From NCBI GenBank assembly GCA_963705475.1, contig CAVPJS010000030.1, positions 147,684 through 211,683 on the forward strand: DNA of 64,000 nt. The letters run 5' to 3'. The position numbers were made by a program, and so were the translations under genes. This stretch comes from an uncultured delta proteobacterium (GTDB taxonomy: Bacteria > Desulfobacterota > Desulfobacteria > Desulfobacterales > Desulfosarcinaceae). Numbering within the stretch: the first letter of the stretch is position 1; the number at the start of each line of letters is the position of its first letter. The notes beneath the pieces are model-generated. The model saw nothing but the letters and a program-made list of their open reading frames with translations. It did no database searches and had not been told where the DNA came from. This document shows, piece by piece, positions 7,748 to 17,370 of this stretch.

Positions 7748-9514
7748 ATGCAGATAACATCAAGAGATATGGCGCCGGCGGCAAGATTAACCATGTGCCT
7801 GCTGGTCACCGGTTTTCTGGCATGTGCCCTTTTCGGGCCCGAGTCGAATGCCCGCGCCGCCGATTCCATGGTCGACCGGGTGCAGACCGTCATCCGGTCC
7901 CGGCTGGAGGGAGACCCGGCCGCGATCTCCCTTTCCTGCCGGGGGGAAATGATCTGCGGCATCCAGATGCTGCCACAGGCCTACCGCGACCGAAAACATC
8001 TGCCCATGTGGATGGACGCTTCACTTCGCCTGGAAAAGGCGGAAGCGCTGGCCGAAGCCATCGATCGTGCCGGTGAAGATGGACTTCTGCCGCTTGATTA
8101 TCACCAGGAAACCATTCATGAACTGCTGGCCGAGATAGGTGAGCAGTCCTCTGCGGCAAACCCGGAGGCGGTCCCCGCCGACGTGTGGGCGGACCTGGAC
8201 CTGATTCTCACCGATGCCTACCTTTTATTTGCTTCCCATCTGGCTGGCGGGCGGGTAAGCCCCGAAACCCTGCACACTGACTGGAAGGTCAAGACCGGCC
8301 CGGTGGACCTGTCAGCCTCCCTTGCCAGCGCGGCCTCAACCGGCGATATCGAGGCTGCGTTGAACCCATTGCGGCCGGCGCACATCGGATATACGACCCT
8401 TCGCCGTGTATTGGCCCAGCTTCGCGGCCTCGCTGCGGCCAACGGTTGGCCGGTACTGGATGTCAGCAATACCCTCAGGCCCGGCGACAGCAGTTCTTCC
8501 GTTGGCGAGCTTCGCCGCCGGCTTGCCGTAAGCGGGGACGTTGGCCCAATGGGTGTTGATGAGGATTCACACGTCTTCGATGCCGCGCTCACCTCCGCAG
8601 TCAGGCGGTTTCAGCAGCGCAACGGATTGCAGGCGGATGGCATCGCCGGGCCAAACACGATCGGCATGTTAAATGTTCCCGTCGAACAGCGCATCCGCCA
8701 GGTTGTCGTCAACCTCGAACGCTGGCGGTGGCTGCCCCATGATCTGGGCGCCAGATACATCATTGTCAACACGGCCGATTTTAATCTCAAAGCAGTTGAG
8801 AACGGCGATGTGGCGTTTCAGATGCGGGTGGTGGTCGGGCGACCGGCCAGGCGGTCACCGGTGTTCAGCGCCGCCATGACCTATTTGGTGGTCAATCCCT
8901 ATTGGAATGTGCCCACCTCCATCGCCGTTGAAGACATCCTGCCCGCGCTTCAAAAAAATGTTGCCTACCTGGCCCAGCGGGGTATCCGTGTGTTTCAAAA
9001 CTGGGCGTTGGACGCACCGGAGATCGATCCCACCACGGTTGACTGGCATGCCTACCATGCCAATCACTTCCCTTTCAGGCTTCGCCAGGATCCCGGACCG
9101 TATAACGCCCTGGGCCGCATCAAATTCATGTTTCCCAACCAGTTTGCGGTTTACCTGCATGATACGCCCAACCGCTCCCTTTTCAAACGGGTTCAGCGGG
9201 ATTTCAGTTCCGGCTGTATCCGCGTGGAAGCACCTCTTGTTCTGGCTGATTTTGTGCTGACGGGTGATCAGCGGTGGACACCGAATGCGTTGACCCAAGC
9301 CATTGAAGAAGGAAAAACCCGAATCATCCGGCTGAACCATCCGGTTCCGGTCCACTTGCTTTACATGACTGCCTGGGCGGACGAAACGGATGTGATTCAG
9401 TTTCGCAGCGACATTTACGACAGGGATCGTGATCTCGATCGCGCGCTAAGCCGTCGAAGACCCGACCCAGCGCCTGCATTCATCGACTGGCCAAAAGACC
9501 GGCTGCGCCGGTAA
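7748..9514 (+). CDS. L,D-transpeptidase (YcbB/LdtD-like) with a peptidoglycan-binding domain
   Basis: 588 aa. It has a PG-binding-like segment (VGELRRRLAVSGD...AVRRFQQRNGLQADGIAGPNT) and a YkuD catalytic motif (YLHDTPNRSLFKRVQRDFSSGCIRV). Confidence 0.85.
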   Translation: MQITSRDMAPAARLTMCLLVTGFLACALFGPESNARAADSMVDRVQTVIRSRLEGDPAAISLSCRGEMICGIQMLPQAYRDRKHLPMWMDASLRLEKAEALAEAIDRAGEDGLLPLDYHQETIHELLAEIGEQSSAANPEAVPADVWADLDLILTDAYLLFASHLAGGRVSPETLHTDWKVKTGPVDLSASLASAASTGDIEAALNPLRPAHIGYTTLRRVLAQLRGLAAANGWPVLDVSNTLRPGDSSSSVGELRRRLAVSGDVGPMGVDEDSHVFDAALTSAVRRFQQRNGLQADGIAGPNTIGMLNVPVEQRIRQVVVNLERWRWLPHDLGARYIIVNTADFNLKAVENGDVAFQMRVVVGRPARRSPVFSAAMTYLVVNPYWNVPTSIAVEDILPALQKNVAYLAQRGIRVFQNWALDAPEIDPTTVDWHAYHANHFPFRLRQDPGPYNALGRIKFMFPNQFAVYLHDTPNRSLFKRVQRDFSSGCIRVEAPLVLADFVLTGDQRWTPNALTQAIEEGKTRIIRLNHPVPVHLLYMTAWADETDVIQFRSDIYDRDRDLDRALSRRRPDPAPAFIDWPKDRLRR

Positions 9515-9528
9515 ACACAGAACGAAAG

Positions 9529-9578
9529 AGGCCACCATGAAGAGGAAAACCATCCATCGTGGCCTTTCCATTTTTTTT
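9529..9578 (+). terminator. Candidate terminator between convergent ldt-like and ycbK-like genes
   Basis: AGGCCAC...GTGGCCT stem, then TTCCATTTTTTTT. The loop is long, so confidence is modest. Confidence 0.4.
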
Positions 9579-9600
9579 CAACGCGCATGCCGTTGGCCGG

Positions 9601-10155
9601 CTATCCGTTCCAAGTACGAAACGCCCCGGTATCCACGTGGACGAAATCGGATCGGGGATAGTAGCCAACACCGCCGGATGCCAACTCCAGGCAGGCTTGC
9701 CGAAGCTTGTGGGTATCGCACCCGGGTAGGCGTATATCGACGGCGCGCCCCAACATGTGATAGCTGAACTTGGCGACACCGGTGGTTTGTTTGCGCAGCC
9801 GGGCATTGGTCTGGGGGGAGCGGTAACCGGAAATGATGTGAAAGGGGGAGCAGGCGCCCAAGCGTTGGCTCACGGTATAGAGCAGGTCCATCAACCGGGC
9901 ATCCATGTTCTCAATGTCACCGGTGCGGTGATCCCTGAGGATCCGATTGATCTGCCCCATGGCACCGGGGCAATAGGCGCCGTTTTTATAGTAGCAGACA
10001 CCGAGGCGTTCGCCGGTGTGCGTGTTGTAGAAGGCGAGGGAACGGCGCGTGCTGTCCGGCAGCAGGGCGGACCATCCCGTTGCCGGCACCAGGCAGGTGG
10101 CCAGGAACCCCGTACCGATTTTCTTAATAAAGTGGCGTCGACCGCAACTACCCAT
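9601..10155 (-). CDS. DUF882 / YcbK-like peptidase M15A family protein with Tat signal
   Basis: N-terminus CGRRHFIKKIGTG. It also has SGYRSPQTN...SYHMLGRAVDIRL...YYPRSDFVHVDTG, the zinc D,D-/L,D-peptidase-type motifs. Confidence 0.85.
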   Translation of the reverse strand: MGSCGRRHFIKKIGTGFLATCLVPATGWSALLPDSTRRSLAFYNTHTGERLGVCYYKNGAYCPGAMGQINRILRDHRTGDIENMDARLMDLLYTVSQRLGACSPFHIISGYRSPQTNARLRKQTTGVAKFSYHMLGRAVDIRLPGCDTHKLRQACLELASGGVGYYPRSDFVHVDTGAFRTWNG

Positions 10156-10415
10156 GTTTTTCTCCGCATTTCAGCATATCGAACGTGAATCGGTCGTTAA
10201 TCCAAATTGTCGGATACATGAGCAAAAATCATACCTTAATGTTGCAGTGGCCTGAAAATTCGTAAGCCTATCCACTAAAAACTTTCAACTATCCTGAATT
10301 CCAATGTATATTGTCGTTGTGGATTCTCCTTTCCGCCATATCACGATTGATCCACAGCGTTCACTTGCCGCTGCGGTGAACAGATATTGTCAACAGGTTG
10401 ACGAAAAACGGGGCA

Positions 10416-12284
10416 TCAAACGATTCGCTGGAAATGCTTTTCCAGATCTTTAACGCGCCATTGGATCCAAATGGGTCTGCCGTGGGGACAGTGCGACGGG
10501 TTGTCGCAGGCATCCAGCTGTTCCATCATGACCTTGATCTGCGTCTCGGTGAGTCGGTGGTGGGCACGGATCGCATTGTGGCAGGCCATGACCATGAGGC
10601 ATGCATCCAAAATGGTTTCCATCTCAGCACCCACACCGATTTCTGCTGTTTTTTCTACGAGTTGGGTAACCAGCCCAGAAATAGCAGCGTGGTCAAGCAA
10701 AGTGGGCACCGCTTTGACCACGAAGGTGTTCCCGCCAAAATGCTCGATCTCAAACCCGAATCGGTCCAGTTCCGGAGCCAGCTTTTCCAGGATTTGAGTT
10801 TCGCGGAATCCCAGGTCGATGGTTTCGGGCAGCAGCAGGCGCTGGGCGGCGGGTCGGCGGAATTTGGATTGGCGCTTCAGCTGTTCGAAAACGATTCGTT
10901 CGTGGGCCGCGTGCTGATCGATGAGCATCAAGCCGTCGTCGGATTCACAGATGATGTAAGTGCCCTTGTACTGGCCGATGACGGTCAGGTCGGCAAAAAA
11001 CCGCCGTTTCCACAGCGGTGCCTGGTGGGCTGGTTTACCGTTGCGGGCGGGTGGGTCGATCGGCGGCGCCGGGGTATTGACGGGATCTGCAGGCGGCGAC
11101 GGGACATGCCTGCTGTCTGCCCCGGCCGCGTGGGTCGTTGAAGCCGCTGTATGGTCCACCGCGTCGCCCACCTGGACGGCCGGATGGTCATGGGTGTAAG
11201 GCACCGTGTATTCGGCTTTCGGCTCGGACACGGTTGCCGGCCCTTGCGCCGATTCGGTGATCCCGGGGTCCTTCGCTCGCCACCGGGTGGGATCGGATTG
11301 ACGGAGGGCGTCGGCCACGGCGTCCCGCACCGTGTCGTGCACCCTTTTCTGACGTACAAAACGAATCTCGTGCTTGGTGGGGTGAACGTTGACGTCCACC
11401 TGGTCGAAGGGGACTCGCAAAAACAGCACCGACACCGGGTACTGGCCCTTCATCAGCCGCCCGGAATAACCGGCGAACAGGGCGTGCTGAATCACCCGGT
11501 CCCTGACCCAGCGACCGTTGACGAACAGATACACGCCACGGGCGGTGGAGCGGTTCATGCGCGGGGCGGCGATCCACCCGCTGATTTCGATATCCTCGAT
11601 GACCCGATCAACCGGGTACAGCTCCTTCTGGACGGCCGCCCCAAGGACATCGGCCACCCGATCCAAGGGTTCTGCGGCCGGGGCCCAGCTTTTCACGATC
11701 CGGTTGTTGTGTGACAGCCTGAATTGAACGGCCGGCCGACAAAGCGCCATGCTGGCAATGGTGTCTGCAATGTGGCCCATCTCCGTGTCGATGCTTTTCA
11801 AAAACTTGCGCCGGGCCGGGGTGTTATAGAAGAGGCCGGCCACGGTGACCAGGGTGCCGGGGGGGGCGCCGGCGTCGGCGACGCGATTGATCCGCCCCCC
11901 AGCCACCTCAATCTGAGTACCCACATCGGCGTTGGCTTCCCGCGTAACGAGGGTGAACCGGGAGACCGAGGCAATGCTGGGTAGCGCCTCGCCACGGAAT
12001 CCCAGGGTGCTTATGGCAAACAGATCCGGATCGGTCGCGATCTTACTGGTCGCATATCGCTCGAGACAGAGCAGGGCATCGTCTCGGCCCATGCCCTGTC
12101 CATTGTCCGACACACGGATGAGTTTTCGCCCGCCCTGTTCGATTTCCACGATGATCCGAGTGCTGCCGGCATCGATGGAATTTTCGACCAGCTCCTTAAC
12201 CACCGAAGCCGGACGCGCCACCACCTCTCCGGCAGCAATTTTATTGGACAGGATTTCCGGAAGGATTCTGATTCGGGTCATCAT
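10416..12284 (-). CDS. mutL: DNA mismatch repair protein MutL
   Basis: ORF trimmed to MMTRIRILPEILSNKIAAGEVVARPASVVKELVENSIDAG. The C-terminal dimerisation/endonuclease region contains QHAAHERI and CPHGRP. Confidence 0.9.
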   Translation of the reverse strand: MMTRIRILPEILSNKIAAGEVVARPASVVKELVENSIDAGSTRIIVEIEQGGRKLIRVSDNGQGMGRDDALLCLERYATSKIATDPDLFAISTLGFRGEALPSIASVSRFTLVTREANADVGTQIEVAGGRINRVADAGAPPGTLVTVAGLFYNTPARRKFLKSIDTEMGHIADTIASMALCRPAVQFRLSHNNRIVKSWAPAAEPLDRVADVLGAAVQKELYPVDRVIEDIEISGWIAAPRMNRSTARGVYLFVNGRWVRDRVIQHALFAGYSGRLMKGQYPVSVLFLRVPFDQVDVNVHPTKHEIRFVRQKRVHDTVRDAVADALRQSDPTRWRAKDPGITESAQGPATVSEPKAEYTVPYTHDHPAVQVGDAVDHTAASTTHAAGADSRHVPSPPADPVNTPAPPIDPPARNGKPAHQAPLWKRRFFADLTVIGQYKGTYIICESDDGLMLIDQHAAHERIVFEQLKRQSKFRRPAAQRLLLPETIDLGFRETQILEKLAPELDRFGFEIEHFGGNTFVVKAVPTLLDHAAISGLVTQLVEKTAEIGVGAEMETILDACLMVMACHNAIRAHHRLTETQIKVMMEQLDACDNPSHCPHGRPIWIQWRVKDLEKHFQRIV

Positions 12285-12469
12285 GTTGACGACGGGACAA
12301 TCTCTTTGAAGCTGCGCGCTAAATACTCCGCCTCCATGGGGGTCAGGTTGAATTTCAGGCAGGCCGCCTCGATGAGCTGCTGTCGACTGTTGGGTGACCC
12401 CGCCTTTTTTTCTTCCGATATCCACTGGACTGCTTTTCTGAGGCTTTCGCCTTCGGGCTGAATGCTCAT
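12281..12469 (-). CDS. Small hypothetical protein (62 aa), translationally coupled to mutL
   Basis: The ATG at 12469 is preceded by GAGGAAAGG. Its TGA overlaps the mutL ATGATG start (ATGA overlap). I recognise no family. Confidence 0.5.
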   Translation of the reverse strand: MSIQPEGESLRKAVQWISEEKKAGSPNSRQQLIEAACLKFNLTPMEAEYLARSFKEIVPSST

Positions 12470-12524
12470 GGGAACCTTTCCTCAACCATCCGTTACATTT
12501 CTCTATTCCCGTCGCGGTCATCGA

Positions 12525-13985
12525 TCACAAGGGCGGCTTTTTATCCTTGATGTTCGCCGCCTTTTCGAACGCTCGGGCGATCTTAAAAAGCATCGGCTCG
12601 TTAAAATGGCGGCCCATGATCTGCAGACCGATGGGCAGACCGTCGTCGGAGAATCCGCAGGGGACCGAAATCCCCGGGATGCCGGCCAGGTTGGCCGACA
12701 AGGTGTAAATGTCCGACAGGTACATGGTCAGCGGATCGTCAAGGGTTTCGCCGATGAGGTAGGCCGGTGTGGGTGCCACCGGGGAGACGATCGCATCACA
12801 GGATGCAAAGGCGGTTTGAAAATCATTCATGATCAGCGTGCGAACCTGGGAAGCCTTACCATAATAGGCATCGTAGTAACCAGCGGACAGGGCATAGGTG
12901 CCCAGAATAATGCGACGCTGAACTTCCGGACCGAATCCTTGTGACCGGGTGCTGCGGTACATCTGAAGCAGATCGGCCTGCGACTTGTCGCGGAAACCGT
13001 ATTTCACACCGTCGTAGCGGGCCAAATTGGAACTGGCTTCACTGGGGGCGATCACGTAGTAGGCGGCCACGGCATGATCGGTGTGTGGTAAAGCGATGTC
13101 GACGCATCTGGCACCCAGGGATTCGATCGTTTTTACCGCCCGCGCCACCGCCGCAGCGACTTGGGGATCCAACCCTTGGGCGGCACTGTATGCACCGGGG
13201 ATGCCCACCACGACATCTGCAAGACCGTCATCGGTGATCGCCGAAAAAGCCGGCACCGGTTCGGGGACGGAGGTGGAGTCTTTGGGGTCGTGACCGGCAA
13301 TGGCGTCGAGCAGGATGGCGCAGTCAGTCACCGTTTTGCCCAACGGACCGATCTGATCCAACGAAGAGGCAAAGGCCACCAGCCCGAAACGGGATACGCG
13401 GCCGTAGGTCGGCTTGATCCCCACCACGCCACAGTGGGAGGCTGGCTGGCGGATGGAGCCGCCGGTGTCCGAACCCAGGGCACCCAGGCACATGTCCGCC
13501 GCCACAGCCGCGGCCGACCCGCCGCTGGAGCCGCCGGGTATGCGATCCAGGTTCCAGGGGTTGCGGGTGGTCTGAAATCCAGAGTGCTCGGTGGTAGACC
13601 CCATGGCAAACTCGTCCATGTTGAGCTTGCCCACGATCACTGCGCCGGCCTTTCTCAATCTGGAAATGACCGTGGCGTCGTATGGCGGAATGAAGTTTTC
13701 AAGCATCTTCGACGCACATGTCGTGCGAAGCCCCTGGGTGCAGATCAGGTCCTTGATGCCCAATGGGATGCCGGTCAGGGGTGCCGTGTCACCCGTGGCC
13801 AGGCGATGGTCCGCCGCTTCGGCCTGGGCCATGGCACCGTCGGCATCGACGGTCAGGAAGGCGCCGACCTTGCCGTCTACCGCCTCGATACGGTCGAGGA
13901 CCGCCCGGGTCAGTTCAACCGAAGCAAATTGTTTATTTTTCAGCAGGCCGCTGGCCTGCTCAATGGTCAGTTCATGCAGTTTCAT
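12525..13985 (-). CDS. gatA: Glu-tRNA(Gln)/Asp-tRNA(Asn) amidotransferase subunit A
   Basis: 486 aa with the amidase signature GGSSGGSAAAVAA and the typical GatA N-terminus MKLHELTIEQASGLL. Confidence 0.95.
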   Translation of the reverse strand: MKLHELTIEQASGLLKNKQFASVELTRAVLDRIEAVDGKVGAFLTVDADGAMAQAEAADHRLATGDTAPLTGIPLGIKDLICTQGLRTTCASKMLENFIPPYDATVISRLRKAGAVIVGKLNMDEFAMGSTTEHSGFQTTRNPWNLDRIPGGSSGGSAAAVAADMCLGALGSDTGGSIRQPASHCGVVGIKPTYGRVSRFGLVAFASSLDQIGPLGKTVTDCAILLDAIAGHDPKDSTSVPEPVPAFSAITDDGLADVVVGIPGAYSAAQGLDPQVAAAVARAVKTIESLGARCVDIALPHTDHAVAAYYVIAPSEASSNLARYDGVKYGFRDKSQADLLQMYRSTRSQGFGPEVQRRIILGTYALSAGYYDAYYGKASQVRTLIMNDFQTAFASCDAIVSPVAPTPAYLIGETLDDPLTMYLSDIYTLSANLAGIPGISVPCGFSDDGLPIGLQIMGRHFNEPMLFKIARAFEKAANIKDKKPPL

Positions 13986-14046
13986 GCCATCCCTTCCTCG
14001 CGGAATGACCGCCTTGAAAAGCGACGGCCAATTCGTCAGTGCTGCC

Positions 14047-14331
14047 TCAAATCACCTTGGGCACCACAAAGGCGCCGTCTTCCTTCTCCGGGGCATTGGC
14101 CAGAGAATCCTGCGGGTCCAGATGGTCCTGCGCGTCGTCCTCCCTGAATGCATTGGTCAGGGTGATGGCATGGGAGGTGGCAGGGACCCCGGTGGTGTCC
14201 ACCCGATTCAAGGTATCCACATAATCGAGAATGGTGCCGATCTGACCGGCCAGCCGATCGATATCCGCTTCAGCGATATCCAGTCGAGCCAGGTGGGCAA
14301 CATGCAGGACTTCCTTTTGGGATATTTTCAT
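14047..14331 (-). CDS. gatC: Glu-tRNA(Gln)/Asp-tRNA(Asn) amidotransferase subunit C
   Basis: Trimmed to MKISQKEVLHVAHLARLDIAEADIDRLAGQ. It lies immediately upstream of gatA. Confidence 0.9.
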   Translation of the reverse strand: MKISQKEVLHVAHLARLDIAEADIDRLAGQIGTILDYVDTLNRVDTTGVPATSHAITLTNAFREDDAQDHLDPQDSLANAPEKEDGAFVVPKVI

Positions 14332-14373
14332 TGTTTCTATCTCGGCATCCATACAAGTTGGATGCGGTTTGGG

Positions 14374-15069
14374 TTATCGTTCAACCAGGATGGGTTTTTT
14401 CCGACTTCGGGTCAGCCGCTCCATGTCTGCCGCTGCCTGTTCACGGTCCGAGTAGCGGCCCACCCGAACCCGAAACCAGAGCCCTTTGCCGGGAATGACA
14501 ATTCTCGACACGTAGGCAGGATACCCCTCCTTTTTCAGATTGGCAACGATTCGCTCGGCGGCTGCCCCATCCTTCATGGAGGCCACCTGAATGGTCAACG
14601 CGCCCATGATTTCAACAGCTGCCGGAGGGGACGACGACGATTTCCCGGGCGTTGGCTTGTTCGGCACCTTGGATTTCTTGACCATGGCGACGGTACGCGA
14701 CTTGTGCGGCGGTTGAACCGATTCGACGGTTTCTGCGCGGGATGAGGGATCATCCAACGACACCGCGGGCGTGGGAATCTGAACGGCGGTGTCCAAGCCG
14801 TCCTTTTTCAGGGCTTCGTAAAACTCCAAGGGCGCTTTTTCATCTTCTCCCCGGAGGGCTTTTTCCACCGCTTCCCGCTCCTTTTTCATCATGGCGTCCC
14901 GCAGGGCGGCCAGCTCTTCTTGGAGCGCCTGGGTGTCGAAATGGACCGGGGCCGTTCCCCGGCCCACCAGCACGCCAAGGACGAACATCCATGCCGCAAC
15001 GAAAAAGACCAGCAGGTATCGCCCCCAGGCGATCCGGCGTTTTGACGCCGTGGCCTTGCCCTCTGTCAC
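14374..15069 (-). CDS. SPOR-domain membrane protein (cell-division-associated peptidoglycan binding)
   Basis: N-terminal transmembrane segment LLVFFVAAWMFVLGVLVG. C-terminal SPOR-like LTIQVASMKDGAAAERIVANLKKEGYPAYVSRI...WFRVRVGRYSDREQA. GTG start assumed. Confidence 0.7.
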   Translation of the reverse strand: MTEGKATASKRRIAWGRYLLVFFVAAWMFVLGVLVGRGTAPVHFDTQALQEELAALRDAMMKKEREAVEKALRGEDEKAPLEFYEALKKDGLDTAVQIPTPAVSLDDPSSRAETVESVQPPHKSRTVAMVKKSKVPNKPTPGKSSSSPPAAVEIMGALTIQVASMKDGAAAERIVANLKKEGYPAYVSRIVIPGKGLWFRVRVGRYSDREQAAADMERLTRSRKKPILVER

Positions 15070-15300
15070 AGGTTTGTTCCGTAATCGTTCACAGGTTCAA
15101 CGTTCACCGTTCTGGGTTTGCTTTCATTCGTTGATCTTGCTCGTAGACGATCGTCTTTAAGATGAAACCTACGAATCGCAGCGTGAGTACTTCCGGCATG
15201 TAATCATTCACCGGATCGCGTTTATTGTAAAGGGTCACTCGGGTTGAGGTTTTTGGTGCACGTTGAACCCTGAACCCTTGATGAACCCTTGACCCTGTGA
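15065..15300. repeat. About 236-bp intergenic element bounded by imperfect inverted repeats rich in GGTTCA units
   Basis: GTCACAGG (15065-72) is mirrored by CCTGTGAC (15293-300). CAGGTTCAACGTTCACC (about 15100-15117) is mirrored by GGTGCACGTTGAACCCTG (about 15256-15273). The right arm carries tandem GGGTTCA-like heptamers. Confidence 0.45.
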
Positions 15301-15303
15301 CGC

Positions 15304-16971
15304 CTACATGGCCTCCGGCGCCGACACGCCCAGCAGCGCCAGTCCGTTACGGATCACCTTCTGAACGGCCGAGACCAGATAGAGCCTGGCTCGGGTCATC
15401 TTCAGATCGTCTTCACACAACACCCGGTGCCGGTTGTAATAGGTATGAAAGGCAGCGGCCAGGGTCATCAGGTAGTAGGTGATGCGATGAGGCTCCATGA
15501 GCGCCCCGGCGGTTTCGACGGTTTCCGGATAGCGGGCCAGGGCCTTGATCAGGGAAATGTCCTCCGGTGTTTCAAGGGCTGACAGATCCGATGGCGCAAA
15601 TCCGCTGACATCCAGCCTGTCGTGCTCAGCCTTGCGATGGATGCTGGAGATGCGGGCATGGACATATTGGACGTAATACACAGGGTTGTCGTTGGTCTTC
15701 TGTTTGGCCAGTTCGAGATCAAAATCCAGTGAGCTTTCATAGTGGCGGGTCAGAAAGATAAACCGGGCTGCATCCCGGCCAACCTCCTTGATCACGTCGG
15801 CCAGGGTAACAAACTCACCGGCCCGGGTGGACATGGCCACGGGCTGTCCGGCCCGCAGCAGGTTGACCAGTTGCACCAACAGGACCTCGAACTGGTCGCG
15901 ATCGTATCCGGAGGCCTCCACGGCGGCTTTCATCCGCGGGATGTAGCCGTGGTGGTCTGCCCCCCACACGTCAATCACCTTTTGAAACCCGCGCTCAAAC
16001 TTGTCCTTGTGATAGGTGATGTCCGACGCGAAATACGTGGTCTGGCCGTTCTGGCGAACCACCACGCGGTCCTTTTCGTCGCCGTAGTCGCTGGTCCTGA
16101 ACCACAGGGCGCCGTCTTTCTCGTAGATCAGTCCCTTCTCCTTGAAATCGCGGATATCCCCCGCCACCTTGCCCGAATCATAGAGGCTCTGCTCCGAGAA
16201 CCATTGGTCGAAGGTCACCCCGAAATCCACCAGGTCGGCCCGCATGCCCTCGGTAATTTTCTCCGCCGCAAACCGGGCGCAAGGCATAATGGCCTCCGCC
16301 GCGCTTTTTTCAAACAGTTCCCGACCCTCCCGTTCCAGCAGTTCCCCGGCCAGGTCCCGAATATATTCACCTTGGTAGCAGGTGTCGGGAAAAGCGACGG
16401 TTTCGCCCAGCAGTTCTTTCCCCCGCAGATAGACAGACGTGCCCAGCGTCTGAATCTGTCGGCCGGAATCGTTGATGTAATACTCTTTTTGTACATCAAA
16501 ACCGCAAAAAGAGAGGATGTTGGCCGCGCTGTCCCCCACGGCACCGCCCCGGCCGTGGCCCACGTGAAGGGGACCGGTGGGATTGGAACTGACGAATTCG
16601 ATCTGGATGCGCATCCCCTTGCCCAGGTCGCAGCGGCCATACTGGTCGTCCTGTTCGTGAATGGCGGTCAGCACCGGATACCACGCGGATGGATGGATGA
16701 AGAAATTGATAAACCCCGGTCCGGCGATTTCCGTACGCGCGATGACGCCCTTTGGGTCATCCAGATGATCGATGAGCGTTTCGGCGATCTGTCGCGGTGA
16801 CATGCGCTGGGCTCTGGCCATCTGCATGGCCAGGTTGGTTGACAGGTCGCCGTGGCTGTCGGCCTTGGGTTCTTCCAGCACCACCTCGCAAAAATCAGAA
16901 GAAGGAAAAATGCCTTTTTCGTAGGCGGCCATTGCCGCCGCCAAAATAATTTCCTTGAGTGCGTTCTTCAT
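15304..16971 (-). CDS. argS: Arginine--tRNA ligase
   Basis: Trimmed to [17 protein letters not shown]. It has the HIGH-type motif [15 protein letters not shown], a C-terminal anticodon-binding region, and ends in M as is typical for ArgS. Confidence 0.95.
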   Translation of the reverse strand: MKNALKEIILAAAMAAYEKGIFPSSDFCEVVLEEPKADSHGDLSTNLAMQMARAQRMSPRQIAETLIDHLDDPKGVIARTEIAGPGFINFFIHPSAWYPVLTAIHEQDDQYGRCDLGKGMRIQIEFVSSNPTGPLHVGHGRGGAVGDSAANILSFCGFDVQKEYYINDSGRQIQTLGTSVYLRGKELLGETVAFPDTCYQGEYIRDLAGELLEREGRELFEKSAAEAIMPCARFAAEKITEGMRADLVDFGVTFDQWFSEQSLYDSGKVAGDIRDFKEKGLIYEKDGALWFRTSDYGDEKDRVVVRQNGQTTYFASDITYHKDKFERGFQKVIDVWGADHHGYIPRMKAAVEASGYDRDQFEVLLVQLVNLLRAGQPVAMSTRAGEFVTLADVIKEVGRDAARFIFLTRHYESSLDFDLELAKQKTNDNPVYYVQYVHARISSIHRKAEHDRLDVSGFAPSDLSALETPEDISLIKALARYPETVETAGALMEPHRITYYLMTLAAAFHTYYNRHRVLCEDDLKMTRARLYLVSAVQKVIRNGLALLGVSAPEAM

Positions 16972-17370
16972 GAATGGATTCCTGACGGCTGATAGATTTG
17001 AACGGGTCAGCCGATGCGGTATGGTCAGGTTGATGGTTGCCGTCATCCGGCAATGACGAATGCCGTCGGGCACACGCCATTTTCGATAAAGTCCAGTTCA
17101 TAAAGAGTTTTCCGATCCAAGTCAAGAAGGTTCCCCCCGGGCTGAAGGATGCTCGTGTGGGGTGTTTTTTCAAGCCAAAACCCATGGCGATGTCCCATGG
17201 TGGATCCGGGCAGTGTTGAGACGGCATCCTGTCCGCCGTTTGATGGCGGCCGTGCCGGATTTGGCCTTTTCCCTTGCATATCCATAATTTCCAACGTATT
17301 TAATTGACCTGCTGAACACGGCAACACAATCGGTTGGGTTCCGGAACGACCAAAAAGGCTTGTCATCATT

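Noticed and set aside
16972-17370. 400-nt argS upstream spacer checked for a T-box, a leader peptide or small ORFs (16895..17227, 17037..17219).
   Set aside because: There is no specifier or T-box-like motif, no Arg-rich leader ORF and no terminator hairpin. The small ORFs lack an RBS and look compositional.
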